Positions 39,313-49,186 of a stretch of 64,000 nucleotides of DNA are shown here, piece after piece (within the stretch, counting starts at the first letter, position 1; every line of letters starts with the position of its first letter). The translations under genes and the position numbers were made by a program. This DNA is from an uncultured bacterium (lineage in GTDB: Bacteria; CSSED10-310; CAZUFC01), in the NCBI GenBank assembly GCA_964619725.1, contig CAZUFC010000032.1, forward strand, positions 1-64,000. The letters run 5' to 3'. The notes below the pieces were generated by a model. The model ran no database searches. It worked only from the letters and a program-made list of their open reading frames with translations, and was not told the origin of the DNA.

Positions 39313-41570
39313 GAACGACCTCCGTTCTTCGTGCTTTTTCCGTGTTCGCCTACCCCGGCGGAACTTCTCGATCTGCGCTTCGATTTTCTTGAACGGCCGT
39401 TTCCTTTGCTGCTGTCATAATAGCTGTAGTAATAATGTGAATAATAATATCCCCTGTTCTCTATGTTCACCTTGTTAAGCACTACGCCTATTATGGGCGC
39501 TCCAAGTCCCTTCAGTCCGCTTTTCACCTTGGATACTATGTTGCGGTCCATCTCCCCGAAACGCACTACCTGCACTACCCCGTCGACTTTTCCTGCCAGA
39601 AGGATCGAATCCGTTACCGGCAATATGGGAGGACTGTCTATTATGAGACATTCATATTCCTTGCCCGCTTCTACCAGAAAATTTTCCATCTTCTGTGAAC
39701 CCAGCAATTCGGCAGGTCCGGAAGAAGCATGACCGCTGGTGAGGACATACAGGTCCTTCTGAGGCGTATGGCGGACGCAGGCTTCCAGCAATAACCCCTT
39801 TTCAAGAATTTCGCTTAATCCCTTATCGTTGGGACAGTTGAATCCTCTGTGAGTGGAAGGCTTCCTCAAATCACAGTCGATCAGAAGCGTCTTTACTCCG
39901 GTTTGAGCTATCGCGATGGCTAAATTGGCCGAGGTGAAAGATTTTCCTTCCTGTGGGCCCGCGCTGGTTATCAGTATCCGCTTGTTTTTCAAGCCGTTTA
40001 TGGAATATTCTATTTGCGTGCGGATAATCCTGAACGCTTCGGCAACAATTGATTTCGGAAAATGATACGTGTAAAGATCGGCAGATATCCCCGACTTCTT
40101 CAATTTCAGTCCCGGCACATGTCCCAGATAGGGCAGCTTTAAATGATGCCGGATGTCCTCTTCGGACTTTATCGAATTGTCCATCTGCTCACGAACAAGC
40201 GCCAAACCGCTTCCGAAAAATAAACCTACCAGCAATCCCAGTATTATATTGAACATTTTCCGGGGCCGTATCGGCCGGCTCGGCGTCTTCGCCGCATCAA
40301 TCACCCGTATGTTGTTCGTCTCCACTCCACCTGATATCGTGGCCTCTTTCATCCTCCTTATCAATATGTCATACAACTGCTTGTTGGATTCAGCCTCTCT
40401 TTTTATTACTCCATAAGTGATAGCCTTCTGATTCAAATCCAGCGCCCGCTGTTCCTGAACCCATAATTCCCTTTGAAACTTCTTCTCCTGGGATAAAGCC
40501 ACCTCATAATCCGTCCTTATACTTTCCAGTATCTTGCTGACTTCCCGGTCGATCCTTTCTTTCAACGTGTTCAATTCGGAACGTAATGAAATTATTTTCG
40601 GATGCTTGTCCTTGTAGCGCTGCAATGATTCAGATAATTCGCCCTCCTTCTGAGAATAATTCCTCTTTAAATCCTGGATCAGCTTATTGTTGATGACGCC
40701 GGGAAGCGTCTCTATCGGTTCGCCTCGCTCCAGCAAATCCTCGACCTGACGATAAATCACCTCAGCATTTATCCGCTTCGCCTTGGCTTCCGTAACTTTC
40801 GTATTTAACTGGGCCAGCTTATCCACGACAATGTTCTGCTTGTCCTCCAAAGATACCATATTGCCTTCTTCTTTGTAGGTCTGAAGCTTCATCTCCGACT
40901 CTTCCACCTTCCCCTTCATTTCTTCGACTTGAGTCGACAGCCACTTTACCGCTTTCAATGAAGCATCCAGCTTGCTTTGAAGATTCTGCTCGATATACTT
41001 CTGGGCCCAAGTATTGGCGATCATCGCAGCAGCCTCCGGTTCCCAGGACTCTACGCTGATGTCAACCAGCCTGCTGTTTCTGACTGGATTGATGCTGACC
41101 GAATTGAGAATATCATAAACAGAATATTTCGATCGATTCCTTAATTCCTCGTTTTGATCCGGCTCGCCTTTGTCTGACAGACTCCTGATTTCATTCACCA
41201 TAGGAAAATCGTAAAACCAGCTTTTTATTTGAGCAGAGAAACCCATCGGCGCTGGGTTTTGATCGAAACTTAATTCTTCCATAACCTGTTCGCCTAAAGA
41301 ACGGCTCTTGAGGATTTTATACTGAGTCTGATAATAATCCCTGTTCGTTGTGTCTATGGCCAGAACTTCCTTGAATGACAGGACGTTTGGATTCTCTTTT
41401 TCGATAAGGATTTTTGTCGTCGCTCTGTAAACCTTCTGCGATTTGAAACTTCCAAAAACGACAACGGTCATTACCACAGCCAAAAAGATTATGATGGTCC
41501 AGATTCGCTTCCTCAAAGTGTTGATGAAAGCCTTCAATTGATGATTCGTATATTTTACTTCGCTTGTCAT
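39309..41570 (-). CDS. wzc: Polysaccharide co-polymerase / tyrosine autokinase
   Basis: Two TMs around a coiled-coil periplasmic domain; Walker A SAGPQEGKS, IDCDLRKP, IIDSPP; Tyr cluster YYYSHYYYSYY. Confidence 0.95.
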   Translation of the reverse strand: MTSEVKYTNHQLKAFINTLRKRIWTIIIFLAVVMTVVVFGSFKSQKVYRATTKILIEKENPNVLSFKEVLAIDTTNRDYYQTQYKILKSRSLGEQVMEELSFDQNPAPMGFSAQIKSWFYDFPMVNEIRSLSDKGEPDQNEELRNRSKYSVYDILNSVSINPVRNSRLVDISVESWEPEAAAMIANTWAQKYIEQNLQSKLDASLKAVKWLSTQVEEMKGKVEESEMKLQTYKEEGNMVSLEDKQNIVVDKLAQLNTKVTEAKAKRINAEVIYRQVEDLLERGEPIETLPGVINNKLIQDLKRNYSQKEGELSESLQRYKDKHPKIISLRSELNTLKERIDREVSKILESIRTDYEVALSQEKKFQRELWVQEQRALDLNQKAITYGVIKREAESNKQLYDILIRRMKEATISGGVETNNIRVIDAAKTPSRPIRPRKMFNIILGLLVGLFFGSGLALVREQMDNSIKSEEDIRHHLKLPYLGHVPGLKLKKSGISADLYTYHFPKSIVAEAFRIIRTQIEYSINGLKNKRILITSAGPQEGKSFTSANLAIAIAQTGVKTLLIDCDLRKPSTHRGFNCPNDKGLSEILEKGLLLEACVRHTPQKDLYVLTSGHASSGPAELLGSQKMENFLVEAGKEYECLIIDSPPILPVTDSILLAGKVDGVVQVVRFGEMDRNIVSKVKSGLKGLGAPIIGVVLNKVNIENRGYYYSHYYYSYYDSSKGNGRSRKSKRRSRSSAGVGEHGKSTKNGGRS

Positions 41571-41688
41571 GCACTCTCCCCCCGGATTTCCAGGAAATAA
41601 AAAACCCGTTTAAATGCCGCCCTTCAGCATCTGACTCCCTTGTTGAGCGTACCCGGTCTGTTTCTTCTCACTATTTTTACAACTTCAA

Positions 41689-42378
41689 CTAAAACCGAAC
41701 TTCGGGCACTACGATTATATCGTTCGGTTCCAGATATATATCTTTGCTCTTCCTGCCGTGTTCCGTCACATCCGAAACGTTTACAGGTATGCTGATCTCC
41801 CGGCCGTTTTCCACTCTTACTATTTTTGTCCGATTCTTGGCCGCCAGTCGATGAAAACCGCCGGCCTGAGCAATCGCCTGCAATACCGTTAACTGCTTCT
41901 CCGGCGTGAATTCATAAGGTCCCGGCTGAGCCACCCTGCCCAGTATATAAACCTTCTTCTTGCTGTATTCGTTGATGAAAACCGTTACCTGAGGATTCAC
42001 CAGGTAGTCACTTCCCAGCAAGTCGGCAATATGTTCCTCAACGTCGCTCACCGTTTTACCCGCAACCTCCAATTTGCCGAGAAGCGGAAAGGATATGCAG
42101 CCGTTTTGAGATACGCGGACCGTTTTTTTGAGGTCCTCCTCTCTGTAAACCGCTATATGCAGTACATCCAATTCAGATATCCTGTACTCCTTGGCATCCT
42201 GCTTGGCTTCCTCAATCTGCTGCTTCAGTTCCGAACCGCTTTGCAGAGAAACCTGTTCCCTCTCTGCAGTCCGCCCCTCAACCATTGACGGCTCCGTATC
42301 CGCCCTCTTGCCTGCACACCCGCTCAGCGCAATTATCGCCGATAAGATAATAATCGTTATTATTTCTTCAGCTTTCAC
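41689..42378 (-). CDS. wza: Short OPX polysaccharide export lipoprotein (Poly_export + SLBB, no C-terminal OM helix)
   Basis: Lipobox LSGC; YRISELDVLHIAV, GCISFPLLG, LVNPQVTV, AIAQAGG, LEPNDIIVVP; GTG start. Confidence 0.9.
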   Translation of the reverse strand: MKAEEIITIIILSAIIALSGCAGKRADTEPSMVEGRTAEREQVSLQSGSELKQQIEEAKQDAKEYRISELDVLHIAVYREEDLKKTVRVSQNGCISFPLLGKLEVAGKTVSDVEEHIADLLGSDYLVNPQVTVFINEYSKKKVYILGRVAQPGPYEFTPEKQLTVLQAIAQAGGFHRLAAKNRTKIVRVENGREISIPVNVSDVTEHGRKSKDIYLEPNDIIVVPEVRF

Positions 42379-42693
42379 ATGCCCCCTCCGTTCTTTGAAT
42401 TAACCTTTCATTGCTGAATTAATGAATAATTAAACTGTTTCAATAAGATGCGCTGATATACCATGATGAAAAAAAAGCGGCTGCAAATCCTGGAAGATTC
42501 TTCGACCGCCTGTTTCGTATTTTTTTCTTTTCATTCTTTGTCCGGCTTCCTTCTGTATCTCCTTAAGTTCTCACTGCTTCGCCGCCGTTTACTCACCGGA
42601 CGCAAGGCTTATATCTCTCTTGCCGTCCCAACGGCGGCAGCAGAAGAACGAGCCCCTTCAAGAAACTCGTTCTCTGCGCCCACTCGCTCAATA

Positions 42694-43890
42694 CTAAAAA
42701 ATGCCTTTTACTCCCAAACGAACAGAATTGGCCGAATAGGTATTGTCGTTGTAAATGCTTTCACCCGTATCATCCGAAGGAATATCAGAATTTGAATCCT
42801 TGTGCTCGTATTCCAGTTCCAGATTCAAAAACCTGCCTAATTCGTAATTCAATCCTGCTCTGAATTTCCAAATGTCGTCTATCCTGTCCTTCTCATACGC
42901 GTCAGCTAAAAAATCGTTCCTCTGGAATCCGCCGCCGAGCTTGCCGCTTAATTTCCGCCATAAAATCTGATTGATCGTTAAATCCGCTGAAGTGCTTACG
43001 AATGTATTGTCATAAGTGATTATCGACTCGTTTATCTGACGCTTCAAATCAAAACTGACCCTGGTCAACGGAGTGAATTCCTCGTTGACCTCAATCCCTG
43101 CAGCCCAATCGACATAATCATCCCTGCCGGATTCGTCGAATTGCCTGACCTCGGCGCCCGCCCGGGCCACAGCCTCCATCTTGGATGTTATCCTCCCGCG
43201 TACGCCCATCATTATCCTGTGATTCGTTATGTCGTATCCCGTTTCGGACGAAGAATCAGGAAATTCGATCCATCCATACGAATATTCGCTGAACAACATC
43301 GTCTCAGGTCTTAAAAAATATGAAAATCGTCCCGCCGCAGAATGCTCGTTGCGCTCAATGTAATCCTTGTCAAAACGGTATATCGAATTTAAATATTCCG
43401 CCTCCAGCAACGTCAGCTTGGAGGTCTGATATCCGAAACGGCCTTTGAACTGATTGCTCCGCCTGTCCAGACGGCTCGATACCTCCGCGCTCTCAGCCCC
43501 GGATGTCTCCTGATATTTGTCGTAAACGTATACCTGCCATCCCGACGGAAAATTCAAATCCATCACCAGTTTCCCGCTGGAATTCCTCGAATTCTCCGTG
43601 TCGTATTCCGCAAAATACAGCATGTCCAACAAATATTCCATCTTAAATGAATAGTCCTCACGCGGTATCTCCAAACGAAGTCCCGGCGCTATCTGCGTTA
43701 TGTAATCATGCTTCTCGTCGCTGCTGTCGATGTATATGTTGTCGTCCGATATCCCGCTCATTGCAAACAACGGATGTATCTCCAGACTTCCTATCCTTAA
43801 ATTACTCTCTGCACCGCACGGCGCAGCAATCAATATAATCACCAATACTAACGGCATTAATCCGATCCTTATGCCCTTTCCGCTCTTCAT
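42694..43890 (-). CDS. Outer-membrane beta-barrel protein associated with polysaccharide export (EpsX/BBP2-like)
   Basis: Signal peptide; DDNIY motif; alternating amphipathic beta-strands; C-terminal Phe; adjacent to the short OPX gene. Confidence 0.8.
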   Translation of the reverse strand: MKSGKGIRIGLMPLVLVIILIAAPCGAESNLRIGSLEIHPLFAMSGISDDNIYIDSSDEKHDYITQIAPGLRLEIPREDYSFKMEYLLDMLYFAEYDTENSRNSSGKLVMDLNFPSGWQVYVYDKYQETSGAESAEVSSRLDRRSNQFKGRFGYQTSKLTLLEAEYLNSIYRFDKDYIERNEHSAAGRFSYFLRPETMLFSEYSYGWIEFPDSSSETGYDITNHRIMMGVRGRITSKMEAVARAGAEVRQFDESGRDDYVDWAAGIEVNEEFTPLTRVSFDLKRQINESIITYDNTFVSTSADLTINQILWRKLSGKLGGGFQRNDFLADAYEKDRIDDIWKFRAGLNYELGRFLNLELEYEHKDSNSDIPSDDTGESIYNDNTYSANSVRLGVKGIF

Positions 43891-43969
43891 TACTTACCTC
43901 CTATTAATTTTCTTATTTTTCCCGTTTCCTTATCATGATTATTTTTTCACGGCTAGCTTTATCCTTAAT

Positions 43970-44530
43970 CTAAGGCTTGAACTTGCTGCCTTCCTCCTCT
44001 GACGGCTCATCAGGCTCCTCCGCTCCGTCAAAGTCCATTCCGCCCTGATCTCCGCCGCCAGGAGGCGCATAATATCCCCCTCCGCCTTCCGTCTGGGCAT
44101 ATTCAACCGCCTTCATTATCTCGTCCCTTATTACAGGTTCATTAGGGTCCCCCTCCTGAAGCAAACCCTCCTTTACCAGCAAATTTATGTAATCCCGCTC
44201 CGTCGGGTTCACAGGCAACTGATCCTCCCAATCCAGGTATCGAACCAGGAAAATCGCCATCCTCCCGCGAGTCAATGTCCTCGCTCCCCTTACATCCGTC
44301 CATAACTCACGGTCTATCTCGTTCTCGATCACCGATAGTATCGCCGCAGCGCTCATTCCCTCTTCTATCCCCGGATACCCCCGCGTCTCCGCAAATAAAT
44401 ATAAAAATTCCTGCTCCGTTACGTATTCCCCTTCTGCATTATTCAATTTTTCCGGCCCCGCATAGACCGCCATTATCGGTATTAACATTAAAAATACCAC
44501 TGTCGTTCCCCATCTGACGATGCTTCTCAT
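43970..44530 (-). CDS. Secreted acidic hypothetical protein (possible degenerate SLH-like repeats)
   Basis: Signal peptide (AVYAG); GGAGG RBS; LTRGRMAIFL and PVIRDE segments resemble SLH repeats; Gly/acidic tail. Confidence 0.7.
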   Translation of the reverse strand: MRSIVRWGTTVVFLMLIPIMAVYAGPEKLNNAEGEYVTEQEFLYLFAETRGYPGIEEGMSAAAILSVIENEIDRELWTDVRGARTLTRGRMAIFLVRYLDWEDQLPVNPTERDYINLLVKEGLLQEGDPNEPVIRDEIMKAVEYAQTEGGGGYYAPPGGGDQGGMDFDGAEEPDEPSEEEGSKFKP

Positions 44531-44638
44531 GCTTCAAACCTCCATAAATAAATTTGTTTTCTGAGTATTTTAATCAACCCGAATTCAATTGTCTCGAAAT
44601 GAGAAAACCCACAAATCGGGATCGCTCCCGACTTCTTC

Positions 44639-44668
44639 TTTATAACCAAATCGCTCTCTTCTTGTCAA
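44639..44668 (-). promoter_or_regulatory. Predicted sigma70 promoter of the polysaccharide export operon
   Basis: TTGACA (44668-44663), 18 nt, TATAAA (44644-44639). Confidence 0.6.
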
Positions 44669-44751
44669 GGATTTTTTGCCATTTTTTCCATTTTTTCTTT
44701 TTTTATTGTTTTTACTATATTTTTTGCGGTTCTCCCTCTGAAAAATGTAAA

Positions 44752-44781
44752 TTGACGCTGCCGGCGATGTTTTGCTATAGT
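44752..44781 (+). promoter_or_regulatory. Predicted sigma70 promoter of mgtE
   Basis: TTGACG, 18 nt, TATAGT with extended -10 TGn; AAGGAGG RBS downstream. Confidence 0.6.
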
Positions 44782-44820
44782 GCGCTGGGGATTCTGAGGT
44801 AAGGAGGAACAGGTGATTTA

Positions 44821-46179
44821 ATGCAAAAAGCGAATTTGAGAATACTTTCTGAAAGCGTAATAAAGCTGATTCGCCGCAATGCCCTTTCCAACGTGAAAAA
44901 GATTGTGCTGAAGACTCATGCGGAGGATCTGGCCCATATATACGAGCGATTAAAGCGTGACGAACAGGAGATTTTTTTAAACATATTATTTGAAACGGAG
45001 AGATTGGGAGAAGTATTATTTGAGCTTGAGCGATCAGAGACGGAGAAGATACTGAACCAGATAGAGACAGGTGAGATAGCGCAGATCATCAGGACATTAT
45101 CTTCTGATGATGCGGCTGATTTACTGGGATTATTGAGTGAAGAGCGCGTTCAGGAGACATTGTCATCGCTGCGAGGTCGTGAACTTTCTGATTTAAAGAG
45201 TTTGCTGAAGTTTGAGGAAGACACGGCCGGGGGCATAATGACGCGGGAATTTTTAGCGATGCAGGAGAGCACGACGGTAAGGGATGCCATCGACATAATT
45301 CACCACGCCCCAAAGGCGGAAGTGGCATTTTACATATACGTGATAAATGAAGAAGAGAAATTAACGGGCGTGTTGTCGCTGAGGCAGTTGCTCATAGCGC
45401 CATATGATTCGCAATTAAAGGAAATAATGGAGAGGGATGTGATCAAGGTGGGAACGGACCTTCACCAGAGCGAGGCGGCGAAGATCACGGCGAAGTATGA
45501 TTTATTAAGCGTCCCAGTGGTTGACAGTGAAGACCGTTTAGTGGGAACGATAACCGTAGACGACATAATAGACGTGATCCAGGATGAGGCGACCGAGGAT
45601 TTTTATTTAATGGCCGGGACGGATAAGCAGGAATTGGTTTACGGAGATCAGATACTAAAAATATCGAGGGTCAGATTGCCCTGGCTGCTGATAAACCTGG
45701 GAGGAACGCTTTTTTCAGGACTGATACTTCTGCTTTTCGACGGCACGTTGAGGGAAGTGATAGCGCTGACGGCGTTCATTCCGGCGATTATGGCGATGGG
45801 CGGCAACATCGGTTCTCAATCTTCAATGATAACCATGCGGGGACTGGCGACGGGGAGAGTTGATCGTAACCGCATAAAGAGCGTTTTATGGCGCGAATTG
45901 CAGATCGGCATTGTAATCGGATCGACGTGCGGCATTCTGGTCGGAATCATAGGAAGCGTATTGAAGATGAACCCCATACTGGGTCTGGTCGTAGGTTTAT
46001 CGATGACGCTGGCCGTTACGACAGCGGCGATTCTCGGGGCCCTGGCGCCGGTCGTTTTTGAAAAAGCGGGAATAGACCCTGCCATTGCATCGGGACCGAT
46101 CGTAACCACGACCAACGATATAACAGGCATTGTCATTTACATGGCATTAGCCACTCTTTTCCTTACCTTTTTAAAATGA
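44821..46179 (+). CDS. mgtE: Magnesium transporter MgtE
   Basis: SSDDAADLL, EDTAGGIMT, CBS pair, RLPWL, GGNIGSQ, DPAIASGPIVTTTNDI. Confidence 0.97.
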   Translation: MQKANLRILSESVIKLIRRNALSNVKKIVLKTHAEDLAHIYERLKRDEQEIFLNILFETERLGEVLFELERSETEKILNQIETGEIAQIIRTLSSDDAADLLGLLSEERVQETLSSLRGRELSDLKSLLKFEEDTAGGIMTREFLAMQESTTVRDAIDIIHHAPKAEVAFYIYVINEEEKLTGVLSLRQLLIAPYDSQLKEIMERDVIKVGTDLHQSEAAKITAKYDLLSVPVVDSEDRLVGTITVDDIIDVIQDEATEDFYLMAGTDKQELVYGDQILKISRVRLPWLLINLGGTLFSGLILLLFDGTLREVIALTAFIPAIMAMGGNIGSQSSMITMRGLATGRVDRNRIKSVLWRELQIGIVIGSTCGILVGIIGSVLKMNPILGLVVGLSMTLAVTTAAILGALAPVVFEKAGIDPAIASGPIVTTTNDITGIVIYMALATLFLTFLK

Positions 46180-47309
46180 AAAAAAACAACTCGAAAAATA
46201 TCTGCTTCATTCTTTTTCATTATCATCCGGAAACTCACAGGCACTGGTTCCATCTGTATAATTTCATCGATCTGCTGGCGCGGGACCATAACGTGCTGCT
46301 GATCATCGAACGATGTGAGGGAAAGCCCAGCTTCAGACATCTGAAGAATATCCGCTGCCTAAAGAGGCGGAATAAGTTTTTCAGAAAATTAGAGATGTTT
46401 TTTACGTTATTGCGGGCGCGTCTGCAGGGATTTCGTATTTTCTATAATCATTATACGTTCGACGCCGCCAGACAGGCGGCTCTCATAACCCGGACGCTAG
46501 GAGGCCGAACCTATTTGTGGCACTGCATCATGGTGAAGGACCTGGATATTTTCACCGATTCCGGAAAATTAGAACAGGCGCTTTTTCGGCTGACCCTCAA
46601 AATGATACACCACCTGGTCACCGGCACTGAATTCATGGCCCGGTATTATCAGAAACAATTCAATCTGAAGCCCGACAAGACCGTGGTGGTACCCAACTAC
46701 ATCAACCTGGAACGTTTCAATCCCGATGCCCTCGATAAGGAAGCCGTTCGCCGGAAACTGGAATTGCCTTCAGACCGTCATATCATCTTGTACCTGCATG
46801 AAATGGAACCTGGCCGCTGCCGGTATCTTCCTCAAGTCATCAAAAAGACGCTTGAACTCAGAAAAAATGTGCTGTTTCTCCTGGTCGGCGACGGAACCTA
46901 TCGGCAGGAACTGCTGAAAAAATTGCAAAAATTCATTGACGACGGCCAGGTGCGCTATGAAGGACCCGTTCCCAATCTGAAGGTCCCCGAATATTTGAAA
47001 GCCGCCGACCTCCTGCTGATTACTTCTGATTTTGAAGCGTTCACCCGCGTGATACTCGAAACCATGGCCATGGGCGTCCCTTTCGTCTCGACCGACGGGG
47101 GAGGAGGAATTCCGTCCTATACGCCGCAGGAACAACACGGCTATATCGTTCCTCTGGATCAGCTCGGCAGAATGGCTGAACTAATCGACCGGCTGCTGGA
47201 GAATCCCGGCGAACGCCGAATACTGGCCGAAGCAGGATTAAATAAAGTCCGGGAATACGATCAGTCGAACGTCCAAAAAATATTCCTCGAAAAAATCAAA
47301 GACCGCTGA
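46176..47309 (+). CDS. Glycosyltransferase family 4
   Basis: VVPNYI, LVGDG, EAFTRVILETMAMGVPFVST; overlaps the mgtE stop (ATGA). Confidence 0.88.
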   Translation: MKKNNSKNICFILFHYHPETHRHWFHLYNFIDLLARDHNVLLIIERCEGKPSFRHLKNIRCLKRRNKFFRKLEMFFTLLRARLQGFRIFYNHYTFDAARQAALITRTLGGRTYLWHCIMVKDLDIFTDSGKLEQALFRLTLKMIHHLVTGTEFMARYYQKQFNLKPDKTVVVPNYINLERFNPDALDKEAVRRKLELPSDRHIILYLHEMEPGRCRYLPQVIKKTLELRKNVLFLLVGDGTYRQELLKKLQKFIDDGQVRYEGPVPNLKVPEYLKAADLLLITSDFEAFTRVILETMAMGVPFVSTDGGGGIPSYTPQEQHGYIVPLDQLGRMAELIDRLLENPGERRILAEAGLNKVREYDQSNVQKIFLEKIKDR

Positions 47310-47314
47310 TATTG

Positions 47315-48610
47315 CTACCGGTTGTAAATCCGCATCCCTTCGCTCGGAATGAATCCCCTTCCCCATGACGCTCTACCAGGGTCAATCTTGACCGGCTCTT
47401 CCGTTATTAGTTCAAGCTTCATAACTTCCTTTTGAAGATTGACCGTGTAAAAACCGAAGTTTTCCTCTTCCCCGCCTTTCGCTATCATCACGATATGCTT
47501 GCCGGTCGGAGAAATGTCCATAGCGCGAATATCTAAATTCTGGGCTTCGGCATCGAGAAAATGTATCAGCTCCGTATTGCCGCTGGGACTGATCAGATAC
47601 AGGCCTTTGTGCGTAATATACAGGATTTTTCTTCCGTCGGAAGACCAGTCGGCTTCCAGAACAGGTTCATTCTTCTTGGACGTCAATGCGTAATACGTTT
47701 CAAAATTGGACTCTAAAACCCATACTTTATAAGGTCCGGAAGTCTTCCCTTTCTGGTAAGCCACCAGCTTGGTTGAGTCCGGCGACCAGGCGCCCAGGCG
47801 ATCGAAACCTGAAACGTTGTAATGCGTTTCCTTGCCTGACCCGTCAGGCCGGATAATCTGGTAATTGGAGCCTTTGGATACCGCTATCAGGTCCCCGTCC
47901 TGAGAAAATACAGGATGAAAAGCAGAAGGATACGTCAGCAACTCATTCTCTCCTGTCCCGTCCAGGTTGATTACCATCAGCTTTCCTCTTTCGGCTCCCT
48001 TTTTCGTCGGACGGATGAACGCAATTTTTTGTCCCACAGCAGAAATATCAGCGTCAAAACCGTTCTCCGTTACTTTCTTCAGGTTCGATCCGTCCGCATT
48101 CACCGCATAAAGATCGCCGTTCGACGAAAAGGTGATCACTCCCAGTTCCTCCAGCTCCTGCCACGCTTCCTGCGCCTGTACGCTCGTCCGAAAACGGCTT
48201 AATACGGTCCTGTAATTCTCTCCTGCACCCGCTATGTCACCGTTGGAAAACAACTTGCGACCGTTTTCCAGATACAATACCGGCAACTGCCGCATCGCAT
48301 CGGCATAATGCTCCGTCTGACGATAATGCTTGATGATCTGCTCCATCGCATGGATTCCCGCATCATATCTCTTTATCTTGAATGATAATCTCCCCCAGTC
48401 ATAATAACACTGGCTTATCTCCTTCTTCACGTCCTCTTTATTACGAGTCTCCGGATTCTTTTCTAAAAATTCCTTATACTTCTCTATCGCATCTTCCCAG
48501 TTCTCTGCATCTCTCAGCGTTCGCGCCTCCCGAAGCAACGTCGAGTCCTCACAGCCCGCTACGAATATTATTAATAACGCCGTCAACAAAATCATCGTTA
48601 CTCTCTTCAT
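47315..48610 (-). CDS. Lipoprotein with N-terminal TPR (BamD/CpoB-like) and C-terminal TolB-like beta-propeller
   Basis: Lipobox FVAGC; TPR helices; PD40-like repeats (VNADGS, FSQDG, WSPDS, WSSDG, ISPTG). Confidence 0.82.
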   Translation of the reverse strand: MKRVTMILLTALLIIFVAGCEDSTLLREARTLRDAENWEDAIEKYKEFLEKNPETRNKEDVKKEISQCYYDWGRLSFKIKRYDAGIHAMEQIIKHYRQTEHYADAMRQLPVLYLENGRKLFSNGDIAGAGENYRTVLSRFRTSVQAQEAWQELEELGVITFSSNGDLYAVNADGSNLKKVTENGFDADISAVGQKIAFIRPTKKGAERGKLMVINLDGTGENELLTYPSAFHPVFSQDGDLIAVSKGSNYQIIRPDGSGKETHYNVSGFDRLGAWSPDSTKLVAYQKGKTSGPYKVWVLESNFETYYALTSKKNEPVLEADWSSDGRKILYITHKGLYLISPSGNTELIHFLDAEAQNLDIRAMDISPTGKHIVMIAKGGEEENFGFYTVNLQKEVMKLELITEEPVKIDPGRASWGRGFIPSEGMRIYNR

Positions 48611-48724
48611 CTCTTTCCTCCATTAGCTCGATGATTAAAATCACTCAAAACTTAAGGAAAATAATCATATCGAAAAATCCAGGATTGTCAATCCTTACTT
48701 CATCCCCCCTCTCAATCACACCAT

Positions 48725-48833
48725 ATATGAAATGACCCGGAAGGATTTCTCCTTCCGGGCTTGTTGGCGGGGATTTTGTGGGACTTTTTGGTGGGGTTAT
48801 TAGAAAGTGTTTACTTAAGGAGTGTCACCGTAC
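48725..48833 (-). ncRNA. Candidate C-rich small RNA A (~105 nt)
   Basis: Upstream TTGACA-17-TATACT; no ORF; 3' hairpin cccggaagga-GAAA-tccttccggg; homologous to 49320-49423. Confidence 0.65.
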
Positions 48834-48838
48834 TAAAA

Positions 48839-48867
48839 AGTATACCTTAATTAGCGCGTCCTGTCAA
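48839..48867 (-). promoter_or_regulatory. sigma70 promoter of sRNA candidate A
   Basis: TTGACA (48867-48862), 17 nt, TATACT (48844-48839). Confidence 0.8.
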
Positions 48868-49151
48868 TTTTTCTCGGTCGTATCTTCGTAACCTCCTGCC
48901 GGCATTATGTTCACACACTGAAAAAGGCGGCGAACCAGCGCTTGCGATTCCCGTGATCAGCTTAAAAAAACCGACTCTCAGAAACCGGCTGTCGAGATTC
49001 CGCTGTCGACGCAGGCGCGCCGAAAACTCGCGCATTCTGATCATCCTCCGAATTTTTTCTCCCGGCTTTCGAAGCGCTGCACTACAGTTTCATTTATTTT
49101 CAATATTTTACAACCAACAAAAAAACTTTTCCGTTTTTTTTCATTTTAGCC

Positions 49152-49180
49152 TTGACATTTGAAATTAGACTACGTATAAT
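49152..49180 (+). promoter_or_regulatory. Perfect-consensus sigma70 promoter of sRNA candidate B
   Basis: TTGACA (49152-49157), 17 nt, TATAAT (49175-49180). Confidence 0.88.
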
Positions 49181-49186
49181 GACTGC

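Noticed and set aside
42410-42690. 41 aa minus-strand ORF (MKEKNTKQ...) and a possible ops/JUMPStart element between the beta-barrel gene and wza
   Set aside because: No motif support for the ORF and no GGCGGTAG ops match; only a stem-loop at ~42639-42677 is evident.
48770-48800. GTGGG boxes as MraZ binding repeats
   Set aside because: 13 bp spacing does not fit the ~10 bp MraZ period and there is no mraZ/dcw cluster here.
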